A DNA stretch of 64,000 nucleotides from the human T2T-CHM13v2.0 reference genome, Homo sapiens: assembly GCF_009914755.1 (NCBI RefSeq), contig NC_060925.1. One strand, written 5' to 3'. The notes under the pieces were generated by a model. That model did not search any database. It worked only from the letters and a program-made list of their open reading frames with translations, and was not told the origin of the DNA. This document shows, in pieces, positions 1-19,461 of this stretch. Position 1 is the stretch's first letter; every line of letters begins with the position of its first letter. The position numbers and the translations under genes were made by a program.

Positions 1-203
1 GCCCCAAAGAAGGCAGCTGCTGGAGTTAGCTTGGTTTTCTCAGAGCCGTCAGCCAGAGCACAGAGCACCTGCTCTCCAGGTGCTGGAGCGTGGGCTTGAG
101 TGTAGTGACCAGGCCCTCTGTGGCTGCAGCACCCACTCCCGGCAGTTCACACAGATGGGCACCCTAGATGGCACTGCACTCCCAGCAGTAACCCTGTGGG
201 GGT

Positions 204-1539
<1,336 letters not shown>

Positions 1540-3334
1540 CTACAGAGGGAGTAGCTAAGAATTCATGTTGAAGTTGGCACGTTACTGCTCCAGCAGCACT
1601 GAGCAGGCAGGTGGCATGTTTACCATGCCCGTGCAGAGCTGGCACTCCCTGCCAACCTCATCAAAACTGTAGGGCTACAACAGGTGCAGCCCTGGCAAAC
1701 AGCAAAGCAGGCAGACAGCACAGGCCAGCAGGAGGTGACTTAACCCCTGCCAGCACAGGTTACTCTGGAGTGGTTCTGAGCTATGGAGGGAGGGAAGGGA
1801 GGAGGAAAGACTTGGGGCCACAGGGTGGGAGAGGAGGGGAGCTGCAGCCTGGGCACCTGGAGGGATCTTCATGGCAGGTTCAATTTCCCTTTCAAAGCCA
1901 GGGCCCTTAAGTCAAGTCTGGATCCCAATATTAAGGAGCCAGCAGACCTAGGCTCAAACCCCAGTGCTGCCACTCACCTTGGACAGGGTTCCAGCTGCTC
2001 TCAGCCCAATCTCCTCATCTTCCAGGAGGAATGGAGATGACATGGCACTGGCTCACAGGCTTGGGTGCAGGAGACTTGACATTCTGCAGGTCAAGACTTA
2101 AGCACAAGGCCTAGAATATGATGGATTAACCCGAGACTAGACTTATTACTGCTCCTCATTCCTGAGCCTGTAAGATATTAAGATGCAGAAGAACTCTTCA
2201 GGGAAGTCTAAGGCCGACCCCACAGGAACATACAAGGCCAAGGGTGGCTAAGTGAGCCTCAGCCTCTGATTCTGGAAAACCTAATAGAGGTCCTTAGGGT
2301 TCCTCTTCCCTGGGAACCCAGAGCCTGCTTATTCCCAGCAGCCTCTCCCCTCGGTCTGGTAGACAAAGCTGGTCCAGTCCCAAGAGGCCAAGCCCCAGCT
2401 TGAGAGAGGACTGGATTCGGCCTATTTGACCCAAGATGGCTGCCAACACCCCAACTCCACAAGTGTATCAGTCTGTGGGTCCCTCCCGCCTCCAGCCCAT
2501 GGTCCTGGGTGTGGGGTCTAGGAAGGAGAGCAGGAATCAAGATGCCTGCTTTTGAGTTGAGACTGTGGAGGTTGTGGGCCTCAGTTTCCCCAGCTGAAAC
2601 ATGGGGATAATCATATCCGTGCTGCCCAACTGTTAGGACACCGGTGAGGCTCGTAGGTGTCAGCTATGAGTGCCTGCCCCATGACACCCCAGGATCTCAC
2701 TCTAGGGGAATGACCTGTTAGAATGCTGCCAGCCATCTGGGGCCCCCAGGGAGGGCTTTGATCTGCCCAGGGACAGGGCTGGGCAGGGCTTGGGAAAGCA
2801 GCCAGCAGTGACCCATGGGCCTGACGGCTTGCAGCCAAACTCCAGATGCAGATGGAAGGAGGAAGCTTGGTCCCCACTAGGCTGCGGGGAGGCATGTGGG
2901 GAAGGAGGGGAGGCTGAGACTTGTCCCAGCACATTTGGGCCTGCTGGCAGGTCCTGAGTCACTCAGCCAGAAGAGCAGTCGGGGTGGTGACAGCAGCGAT
3001 GCCCGCCAGACACAGGGCCTCCCAGGAGAGCACTCCCGCCTTGGTCCCCCCATACCCCAAGGCTCGACTGTCCGGATGAAGCATCCTGGGCCCAGCGGTG
3101 CCACCTCAGCCATGCGCCTGCCTCCAGGCAGCCATCCACTAAGCTGGCTCTGATTCCAAAAGCCCCAGAGGTGATCCTGAGAGGTCTGGGTGCCCAGTCT
3201 CGGCACCCTGCCAGCCTCAGCTGAAGGTTCTCTTGTTGCCCTTACTTTGTTTTTTTGTTTTGTTTTGTTTTTAAGTGAAACAAATTATTTCAGTTTAATT
3301 TTCTCAGCATGTATCTGGCATTAAGTAGTTGTTA

Positions 3335-4146
<812 letters not shown>

Positions 4147-4796
4147 TGAAGATAAGTCTCAAGTAAACACTTTAGAAAGATCTGAGTGTTTCTCTGGCTG
4201 GTCTGGGGCTCTGTTCTTTGCTCTCCTGTAGGAAGAGTGAGTCCTCTCCGTACCACCCTAGTTAAGAAACCATCCACGCCTACCTGGCGCTGTCTCCAGC
4301 TATTACTTAACTGGGGTCCCTCTGTCCTTTTTCTAGTTGGCGTCAGCCCCAGTCACCCATACTGAGCGTGGAGATGGAGAAGAGAGGATTTCCCATGAAA
4401 CTGGTCATTAAATGAACTCATGCAAGAGACAAGTCACCAACACAGACCTGATGTCTCTCTGACCGGCATCCTCCTCTCGAGCTTCTCAGCCAAGTGTGGC
4501 CTGGCCGGGCCAAGGGTGGGAAGACCTGAGTGATGGGATTCCGACTTCTGAGAAGGAAAAGGCCAAGGAGGGGTTCCCTTCCTTCTTCTTCATTTTCTCC
4601 TCTGTTGGTCTTGAAGCTCTTATCATGGTTTGGCAGCCATGGAGTCCAGGTTTGTGACCCCCAAACCACCCAGCTTTAGGTTCAATTAAATTCAAGAAAC
4701 ATGGTTTTGAGCTCCGGCTCTGTGACAGGCACTGGAGACACAGAGGAGCAAGACATGGTCTCTGCTGTCATGGAGCTCACGAGCTAGTGGGGACAG

Positions 4797-4841
4797 ACAC
4801 ACACAAACACACACACGCACACGCACATGCACACACACACC
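4797..4841 (+). repeat. Imperfect (CA)n
   Basis: Seen directly. Confidence 0.85.
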
Positions 4842-5236
4842 ATCAACACAAGGGCAGGCAGAGATCAATGCTGCCATAGGGCCTGGCGGGGACAGGAAGG
4901 TTTACAAGATGTAGAGCTTCCTTCTGATGGGGGCTAGGGGAGGTTTCTCCAAGCATTGGAGGAAGCATAAGAAGCAAAAAGGGACCGTGTTCTATAGCAT
5001 GATGGCTTTGGTCACGTCCTGGGGTTGGAGTGGGAGACAGGGTATCCATGGCATGAGTAGCTGTGCAGTTATTTCAGGCATTAGCACTGCCTGGCCCACA
5101 ACCCAGAGGGCAAGATACCTGAGGAAGGGGCTTCTAAGTCTGTGGCAGTGAGAAGGAGAATGAGGATGGCTTTCAGAGCGGGAAGGAAACTCCACCCCAG
5201 AACTCTGGGGCTTGGGGGCTTCAAAGGGGTTGTCTA

Positions 5237-5569
<333 letters not shown>

Positions 5570-5962
5570 GCCAAAGGGAAGGGAAACACAAAACCACAAC
5601 AACCACGCAGGTGCCCCTGGCATGGGGACAACCCATTGAAAGCCAAAGGGAAGCCAGAGGGAAGCTTTCAGAAAGAAGAGAAAGAAAAAGCATTCCCTTG
5701 AGGAAGAGCTGGAGCCATCTGGCATTCTGGGGATTTGGGGATTGATGCTTAGATGTGCTGTGTGACACTGAGCAGGTAACATCACCTCTCTAGTTCTTGT
5801 GTCCCCATATCTACACAAATCAAGAACTTAGGATGGAGAGACTGACATGGCTAATGAGTGACCAAGCCCTGGGGGCTGTGGGAATACCTAAGATGGTGTC
5901 TGTGTGCAAAGCCAACTCAAGGGCAGGTTCCCAACGTGGTAGAGGGGAGGCTTATGGAGTCA

Positions 5963-6229
<267 letters not shown>

Positions 6230-6824
6230 ACAGATCTGGGACCTGTGTTCTGACCACCAGAGGGGTCCTCAGTGCTGGATGGTCAGGCCAGTGAGGAGCT
6301 CCAGGTGAGGACAGGAGCAAGATTTGGGCTCCACTGGGCTTCCCTGGCCTCTCTGTCACCCTCCCCCAGGGGTGAGGCTGAAGATGAAAGCGATACCAGG
6401 GCTACCCTCTCTGCTTGTCAGCTTTAAGATTAAAAAGGAGGTGGCTTCCACGCAAAGCAGCTGTCATCGACTCTGGTATGATTTGAGGGTGTGGGAAGGC
6501 CCCACCCTGGCCCAAAGTCATGGCAATATGAACCCTTTTTCTGTTCAGGCCCTTATAGCTCACAAATGCTTCTTGTGTGCTGGACTGAATCATTGTATCC
6601 TCACAGCAACCTGGAGAATGGCCAGAGAGGTGTCACTGGACTCTATTTTACAGATGAGCAAGCTGAGGCTCAGAAGGATGAAGGGAACTCACTCATGGAC
6701 ACACAGCTAGTGGACAGCACACCCAGGATGAACCCAGGTTGGACAACAATGCTCCTGCCTGTAACTGAAGCGTGACAAGCCATATTCAGGTTAGGCGTTA
6801 CTTCTTCGTGTAACATGCAGGTGT

Positions 6825-7440
6825 GGCTGGGTGCGGTGGCTCACGTCTGTAGTCCCACCACAGGAGGCCGAGGCAGGAAGATCACTTGAGGTCAGGAGTT
6901 TGAGACCAGCTACATAGGGAGACCCTGTTTCTACCAAAAAATTAAAAAGTTAGCTGGACATGGTGGCTCACGCCTGTAGTCCCAGCTACTAGGGAGTCTG
7001 AGGTGGGAGACTTGCTTGAGCGTGGGAGGTGGAAGTCGAGGCTGCAGGCACTACATTCCAAACTGGGTGACGGAGCAAGACCATGTCTCAAAAAAAAGAA
7101 AACCAAAGAAATGGGCCCAGCATGGTGGCTCATGCCTGTAATCCCAGCACCTTGGGAGGCCAAGGTGAGTGGATTGCTTCAGCCCAGGAGTTTGAGACCA
7201 GCTTGGGCAACATGGCGAAACCCTGTCTCTACAAAAAATATAAAAGATTAGCAGAGGAGGGTGGCGCGTGACTGTAGTCCCACATACTTGGGAGGCAGAG
7301 GTGGTGGATCACTTGAGCCTGGGAGGCAGAAGTTACAGTGAGCCAAGATCATGCCACTGCACTTCAGCCTAGGCGACAGAGGGAGGTTCTGTCTCAAAAC
7401 AAACAAACAAACAAACAAACAAACAAACAAACAACAAAAA
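6825..7440 (+). mobile_element. Two tandem AluJ-like elements, (CAAA)n tail
   Basis: About 6825-7110 and 7113-7440. Confidence 0.9.
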
Positions 7441-7453
7441 TGTAGGTGCCCCT

Positions 7454-7890
7454 CTATTCACAACAGCAAAGACTTGGAACCAACCCACATGTCCATCAGT
7501 GATAGACTGGATTAAGAAAATGTGGCACATATACACCGTGGAATACTATGCAGCCATAAAAAAGGATGAATTCATGTCCTTTGTAGGGACATGGATGAAG
7601 CTGGAAACCATCATTCTCAGCAAACTATCGCAAGGACAAAAAAAACCAAACACCTCACTCATAGGTGGGAACTGAACAATGAGAACACTTGGACACAGGG
7701 TGGGGAACATCACACACCAGGGCCTGTCATGGGGTGGGGGGAGGGGGGAGGGATAGCATTAGGAGATATACCTAATGTAAATGACGAGTTAATGGGTTCA
7801 GCACACCAACATGGCACATGTATACATATGTAACAAACCTGCACATTGTGCACATGTACCCTAGAACTTAAAGTATAATAATAAAAAAAA
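7454..7890 (+). mobile_element. 5'-truncated L1PA (about 440 bp) with TSD
   Basis: L1PA ORF2 end and 3'UTR; TSD aaaaatgtaggtgcccct at 7436-7453 and 7887-7904. Confidence 0.95.
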
Positions 7891-8171
7891 ATGTAGGTGC
7901 CCCTGGTGTGGGTGACAACCCATTGAACACTCTCCTGCTTTTCAGGAGAAAGGGAAGGTTGGAGTTCGGGAAGTTGAGGGAAAAAATCACTTTCAAAGAG
8001 GCAGAAAGCAAGACAAAATGTCTCCAAATTCTGTTGACTTTGTATTTTTTCTCAAGTCTGGGTCCTTCAGCCATGGAGCTTAACTCTAACCCCAAAAGCG
8101 AAAAGCCAGGGAGAGGTTGCAAAGGAACTGTTCACGCTTCTGTTCTTCAAACCTGTAGAAACGTTGGCTTG

Positions 8172-8781
<610 letters not shown>

Positions 8782-9061
8782 CATTTGCTTCGTGTAGGAG
8801 CTGGGGTATCCAGAGGTGAGCTCGACAGACTCTGCGTGAACATCTTGAAATCTATCGGGAAAGACAGAGATGAAAATAGGTCAGTGACAAGAGAGCTTGG
8901 TAAGTGCCAAAATAAAGTCAGGATCTGAGGAAGAGTACAGAGCAACAAACTGCCAGAGGCGAGCTGGATCAGCAGGCAGAGCTCTCTCGGCTCCATGACA
9001 CACCCATCATCACACACTTCACCCATCCCAGCGCCTCGTTAGCCTTCCAGCCAGAAAGTCC

Positions 9062-9326
9062 TTTTTTTGGGGGGGATAAGGTCTCACTGCAGTGCAGTGG
9101 CACCATCTCAGCTTACTGCAGGCTTGAGCTCCTGGGCTCAAGCGATCCTCCCACCTCAGCCTCCCGAGTAGGTGGTGGGACCACACCCACTAATGCACCC
9201 GGCTAATTGTTTTTTTATTGTAGAGATGAAGTCTCACTACGTTGTAGAGATGAAGTTCACTATGTTGCCCAGGCTGGTCTTGAACTCCTGGGCTCAAGCA
9301 ATCTTCCCACCTCGGCCTCCCAAAGC
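9062..9326 (-). mobile_element. Degenerate AluJ
   Basis: TSD cagaaagtccttt; internal 24-bp duplication. Confidence 0.85.
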
Positions 9327-9444
9327 AGAAAGTCCTTTCTGTTACCTCGTTTAAGTGTCCCTTGTCCAGCAGTGCCCAGTACACCTGACCATGGCCAAGG
9401 ACCTCACCCTATGATCTCAGCAACTAGAAGACAAAGGGCTGTTA

Positions 9445-10069
<625 letters not shown>

Positions 10070-11861
10070 AAGATACATGAGACGACATATGCAAAGCATT
10101 TTGCATTGTAAGATGCTTATTACTGTCACTTCACAGATGGGAAATGAGATCTAGGCAACTCTCAGGGTCCAGCCACCAGAAGGTTGAGGAATGCGGGCTC
10201 TAACCTACATCTGTCGACTCCAAAGCCACACAGCCGCCCACACAAGGTAGCTCTTTTCCTCACCTCACCCCCTGAGCTCTGGAACACCTTTGTTCTGCCC
10301 AAACGAGAATGAAGCAGCAACGGAGGCAGCGGCAGGGGAACTGTAAGGTGGCCCCAAACTCAGACTGTCCCCAAGTTGGAGGCCTGCTAGGGCCTGGGAG
10401 CACAGCAGTCCCCCACCAGGGAGTCTTCCCTTCCCCACCTGCCCACTGCAGACTGGGCACCCCTGCTGCATGTGTCTGACCTCTGTGAACCTCAGTTTCC
10501 CCAACATACAATAACCCTGACAGTCTGTCATTCTGTGCTTCTGTGACGTCAGCCTTAGGAGTTATCAGGGACCCAAACTTGGGCTTCACAGGGGGCAGGA
10601 TGGAGGCCCTGCCACTCGGACCAGACCAGGTTGTGGTGAGGGGCAAGGGTGGTGCCTCCAGGCACCAATCCAGAGTGACCTCACTCTCTGCAGGCTCCCC
10701 TGGGGCCCTGAGGGAGGGTGGGGTGCTGGACAGGCCTGCTAGATGGGAGCAGGTTTGGAAGGAGGTTTAGGAAGGGTGCGGTGGGGAAGGTGTGCCGCTC
10801 AGGTTCAGTGTGATCACTAGAGAGGGGCACGCCTGCCTGCATCGTCTGCCATGCCAGACAGGGCAGGACAGCTTCTCCCCCAGCCTGGGCCTTTAGGATC
10901 CACTGTGTGACCATCCTGAGCCCCTTAGCAAGGTGTGAGCGGGGTTGGACACCCTCCCCTCAACATCCATCTAATGTCAGCCACCAGCCCTGCCTTGCTG
11001 CATGATGGGCAATCAGGGTAAGGGAGCCAAACCCCAGCTGCTCTCAGAGCTGTGAGGACAAGAGTGGAAAACCTGCCCTCACAGGCCCAGCTGGCCAGAG
11101 GGCTTGTCTCTTTCAGTCGCCCTCCCCCAGAGGGAGCAGGAGCAGACAATGGCCACCATGACTCACCAGTGAGCCATCTTCCCCTCCCCACCCCTCCAGC
11201 CTGGCCCATGACAGCTTAGCTTGTCCTCCAAGGGAGCTGCAGCCCAGCCTCCCAGGGCCGCCAGCTTCCTCTCTCTTCACCCAACCTGGCTCCCCCCCTG
11301 CTTGTGCAACACCACATCAGAGGGTTGTGAAGTGGAGAGGGAGGAGTTTGACAGCTGCAGACCCAGGCAGACAGAGCAGACTCCTTTGTGAAGGAGATAG
11401 AGGCTGCAAGGGCCCAAGTCCAGCCTGTACTCCCCTGCCCTGACCCACAAGGCATCACCCAGTCTCCCCAAACCCTAGGGAAGTGGTCATTGTCATTTAT
11501 TTGTTCCTTTCTTAGATAGAGCTTGGATCCTGTCTGCAATTTATTCCTTCCTGCAAAACCAAGTATGTGAGGCAGAGGAAAGTCCTATTCCATTCCAGGA
11601 GGGACAGGGCTCCCTGTTGGAAAGTATTTCCTTTTGCTAAGTTTCTATCTGCCTCCCGGGTAGACTCCACTAGGCAGTATTTCAAGAAGTTAACGCACTT
11701 CCAATCCCCATCTAACCTATATTCTTTGCCGCAAGCCAAATACCCTTAGTTCTTTCAGTCATTTCTCCTAAGACATGGATTTAAGACCTTTTGACAGCTT
11801 GGCCTGTATCCTCTGGAAACATTTCCATTTACCCAAGTTCTTCTTAAAACATTATGTCTTT

Positions 11862-12232
11862 GTCCAGGTGCAGTGGCTCACGCCTGTAATCTCAAAGTGG
11901 AGGCTGAGGGAGGAGCATCAGTTGGGTCCAGGAGTTTGAGATCAGCCTGGGCAAGATGACAAGACCCCATCTCTAGTTAAAAAAAAAAAAAAAATTACTG
12001 ATTCTCACCAAAAAAAAAAAAAAAGCCAGGCGTGAAGACATGGGCCACCTACTTGGGAGGCTGAGGTGGGAAGATCGCTTGAGCCTGGGAGATCAAGGCT
12101 CTTGAGCCTGGGAGATCAAGGCTGCAGTGAGCTGTGATCACGCCACTGTACTCTAGCCTACGCGACAGAGTGAGACTCCATCTCTAAAAAAACGAAACTA
12201 ACCAACCAAAAAAAAAAAAAAAAACCACAAAA
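11862..12232 (+). mobile_element. AluJ with expanded linker and internal 23-bp duplication
   Basis: Seen directly. Confidence 0.9.
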
Positions 12233-13035
12233 AGCATGTTGTTTTGAACAGAGCGCAGTGCTCCAGCTAAGGTCAGGCCAGCACAGAGGGTGCTAATGAA
12301 ATTCACCTCGCAGGCTCTGGCACTGTGGTTCTCATGAGCTCTGTTAGCTTGCCGGTATTTTCAGACCCACATAGGCATGTCCTTGTTGAGCAGGTCACTT
12401 CGGTTCATGAATACGGCCACCAAGGATTTGAGGCCCCTCTGCCTGCCCCCCATGGAGGGAGCCCTAGGGCTCAGATGGTGGCTCTTAACAGACCTCAATG
12501 GTCTGATGAAAACTCTGCATCCTCTTCCAAGAAAAACGCATCTACTCAAAAATTCTCTATATGACACCAGGACTCCCTGCAGACCATCCTCAGACCCCAG
12601 GTTAGGAATCTCCATCTGGAAGCTGATACTCAAAAATAAATTCTGAGGCAGCCTCCCTATTCAAACTGTGGGGCTCAGGGCAAATTCAAAGTAATAAAGT
12701 AATAACCTCTCACACGAGTGCTGTGCTCGACAACTCACAATACACGTTCACGTACATTGCTGGGATAGACCCTAGGGTCTGGATTATAATCGAATAAAGG
12801 AGGTCAAGGCCCAGAGAGGTCCAGTGACTTGCTCAAGGTCACACAGCCAATCTGGGCAAAGTCACTCCAGACTCTCTTACCTTCATGGGGCCTCACAGAA
12901 GCCCAACACAATTTGCCCACCAGTGGGGAAGATGCAATGGAGAACAGGTTGCATTTGGCCCCTGGGGAAACTGGTCCTGGCTGTGTTCAGCCGGCTCCTG
13001 CCGCTGCTCCACAGAGGCACACCCAGCTTGGCCTC

Positions 13036-13073
13036 TGTGGTGAGCTGTGGTGAGCTGTGGTGAGCTGTGGTTT
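13036..13073 (+). repeat. 10-bp tandem repeat (TGTGGTGAGC) x3.6
   Basis: Seen directly. Confidence 0.9.
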
Positions 13074-14897
13074 GAGCAGCCTCCCTCCTAACGAAGGCAG
13101 AGAGAAGGCCAGGTTGTCAGGCTGTGTCTTGTGAGAAGGAGGGAACCAGAGGAGGGGCAACGGCAGAAACCAGACCTGAAGCCTGAACCCCAGGAACCCA
13201 GGGGACAAAGACTCCCTGGCCACCACTTGTCCCAAGACTGCAGACACCTCACTGGCCAGGAGCATACAAGCAGGAGTATACAATGTGGCCGGGGGTGCAT
13301 AGGAGTCAGGATACAGAGCCATGTTCTGTGTGTATGATGTTCACATACAGGAGCCAGACTTGACCATGGGAGACCAGTTTTTAAGTTTCCAAGGAATTCT
13401 TGCTCCCTAAACATGTACTTGACCCAGAAAACTCTTCAGCCTTCAAGGCCCAACTCCCTCCACGAAGAATCTGTCCAGTGTCTGATGACTAAAGGCCCTG
13501 GATTCAGATCCAGCTTAGGCACCGCCTGGTCATTATCTGACTTCTCTACAGACTGTGCCTCTAGTAGGCTGGAGCCCTGGACTCAACTCAATATTTCACC
13601 CCTGCCCCTAGCAATAGGGGGTCAATGGACATTTGTTCAATAAGCTCTAGACACCAGAAAGGGTGAACTGTCTCTTGGCTTCAGTTGTTCTGTGACTTCA
13701 GGCTAAATCCAAAACCTCTGCGGTCAAAGAAGGCCATTGCCACCCCTCCCCACCCTGTTCCCTCTTAGGTGGAAGGCAATTGTGGCCCTTAGAAACCCTC
13801 TGAAGAAGCATCTAACAGCTTTTCTCAGGCCGAAATGGGAGAGGGTGAAGGTTTAGGAAAGAAAACGGTCATTCTTATGTCTTTCCCCAAACCAGATGAT
13901 TTCCCTTTGTTCCAAACAGTTGGCAAAGACGTCTGGGCAGAGAAAGGGTCCTGACTTGATGCACTGCTCTGCAGGCAGCTGGGTGACTCTGGCCTCTGTT
14001 GGTTTGCAGCCTGGGCCAGGGCTGGGGAGTTGCTGAGGGGTGGGCTCAGGCTCACAGTAGGTAGGCTGCTGCTTGGGCTTTCAACTATTACCTCTGATCA
14101 CAATGAATTCATGAATTTATATTAGTTTGATGCATATCTCTTCCACTGGACTTCCAACCTCTGGAGCGCAGGAACCACACTGTATTTAATTCTGGAGCCT
14201 CAGGGCCTGGCACAATGTCAAGCACACAGTAAGTGCTCAGTAAGTGCTAGAGACAAAAACGCACTGCAGCCTCCCTGCCAGCCTGATTTCTGGAGCATCC
14301 CTGACTCTCTTAATGGAAAGAGCTTCTCAGAGCTTCCCAAGCTGACTAGAGGAGGGACTGTCATGGTCATGGGCCCTGCTTCCCTCTTATAGTTCTCTTA
14401 GCTGGAAGGCAGGATCCTTCTCCTCTGAGCTGCTTCTGAGGCCACTTATTTGTTTATTTCCAAACCCAAAAATGCTTCTTAGGTTTTGCTGCCACCTGAC
14501 TTGAAGCTCTGACCACCCCAGTGCTACTTCTGCTCTGCCCCATCCAGACATCAAGCGAGATTCATTCCCCCAGCCTCAGACAAACCACACCCCTATCACA
14601 ACCGTAACTATTCTTAGCGGAGCAGGAAGGGGGGCGCTGCCGAATGACCTCGCTGCCTATAGAGACTTCACCTCCACCCACCCTTCACTCACCCGGTGTC
14701 ACTTCCCCCTTTTAATAACAACAACACTGACACCAAGTTTCACTTCCACCACTTCCTGTGGGTTTTGTTCATCCTCAGCTGCTGAGGTTTCTAGAGGGTG
14801 GGTGAGTCTCTGGCCCAGCTGCAGGAAGGTCCCTCTGACTATAAACTCTACCCCTAAGCATTTAGAGGCTTGCCCTTCAGTCCTCAGACACATTCAC

Positions 14898-15611
<714 letters not shown>

Positions 15612-15638
15612 TGACTAACCCAAATCTCTCCTGCTATT

Positions 15639-18253
<2,615 letters not shown>

Positions 18254-18703
18254 CTCTAGCACAATGCCAGAGACTTCAGTGGTGATCGGTATCTACTCCT
18301 TTGCCCCGCAAGTTAATTTGGGATGGGGGATGATGTGACACCACACACATAATTTAATGTAATTCCAAGCTGTTCTTTTTTCTGAGATGAGTGGTGCAGA
18401 TGTGGGGAATCTTGGGGCTAGAGAGACTGCCCCAAAAGGCCTGGGTATGGGACTCAGTTGTGAGGTGGACCAAGCTGACTTAGCTGTGAAGGACAGAACT
18501 GCAGTTCTGTGTTCCTGGAGCCTTAAAGAGGCATCTAAAGAAAGTCAACCCTGCTAGGCGGAAAGACAGAATGGGTGAGCCTGGTGGGAGGCCAGGGTCA
18601 AGGAGCCAGCCGTGTGCTGCCCACCCCACCCCCAACCATGACTGGCGAGGGAGGGAGTTGACCAAGTCCACTCCTCACCCCTACCTGGCATCTGTCTGCC
18701 TAT

Positions 18704-18841
18704 TCTTTTTTTTCCCCCTTTTTGTGGAGAATGGGGTCTTGAGATATTGACCAGGCAGGTTTTGAACTCCTGGGCTCAAGCTACCTTCCGCCTCTGCCTC
18801 CCTAAGTGCTGGGATTACAGGTGTGAGCCACCACGCCCAGT
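18704..18841 (-). mobile_element. Alu monomer (FLAM-like)
   Basis: TSD tctgtctgcc(t/c)attct. Confidence 0.85.
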
Positions 18842-19005
18842 CTGTCTGCCCATTCTGACCCTCGTGGGCATTTCCAGCAAGGGCTGGGACAGCAAGGCTA
18901 ACATTGCTTATGAGGAATGACTTGGGCTCTCAAATATCTGCTCTACTAACTCTGCCCCTGGGCCCAGGCGTGCAGAGCCCCACAGCTGGGGGGCTTATTC
19001 CTTGA

Positions 19006-19461
<456 letters not shown>

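Noticed and set aside
161-174. CTCF-like ACCCTAGATGGCAC
   Set aside because: Single imperfect match; cannot be supported without ChIP data.
1973-1982. AAG|GTGAGT donor on the minus strand
   Set aside because: Lies in MIR-like sequence, with no matching exon.
4337-4660. Strong plus-strand acceptor followed by protein-like text (KEGFPSFFFIFSSVGLEALIM)
   Set aside because: All frames contain stops, the donor is weak and no homology was recognised.
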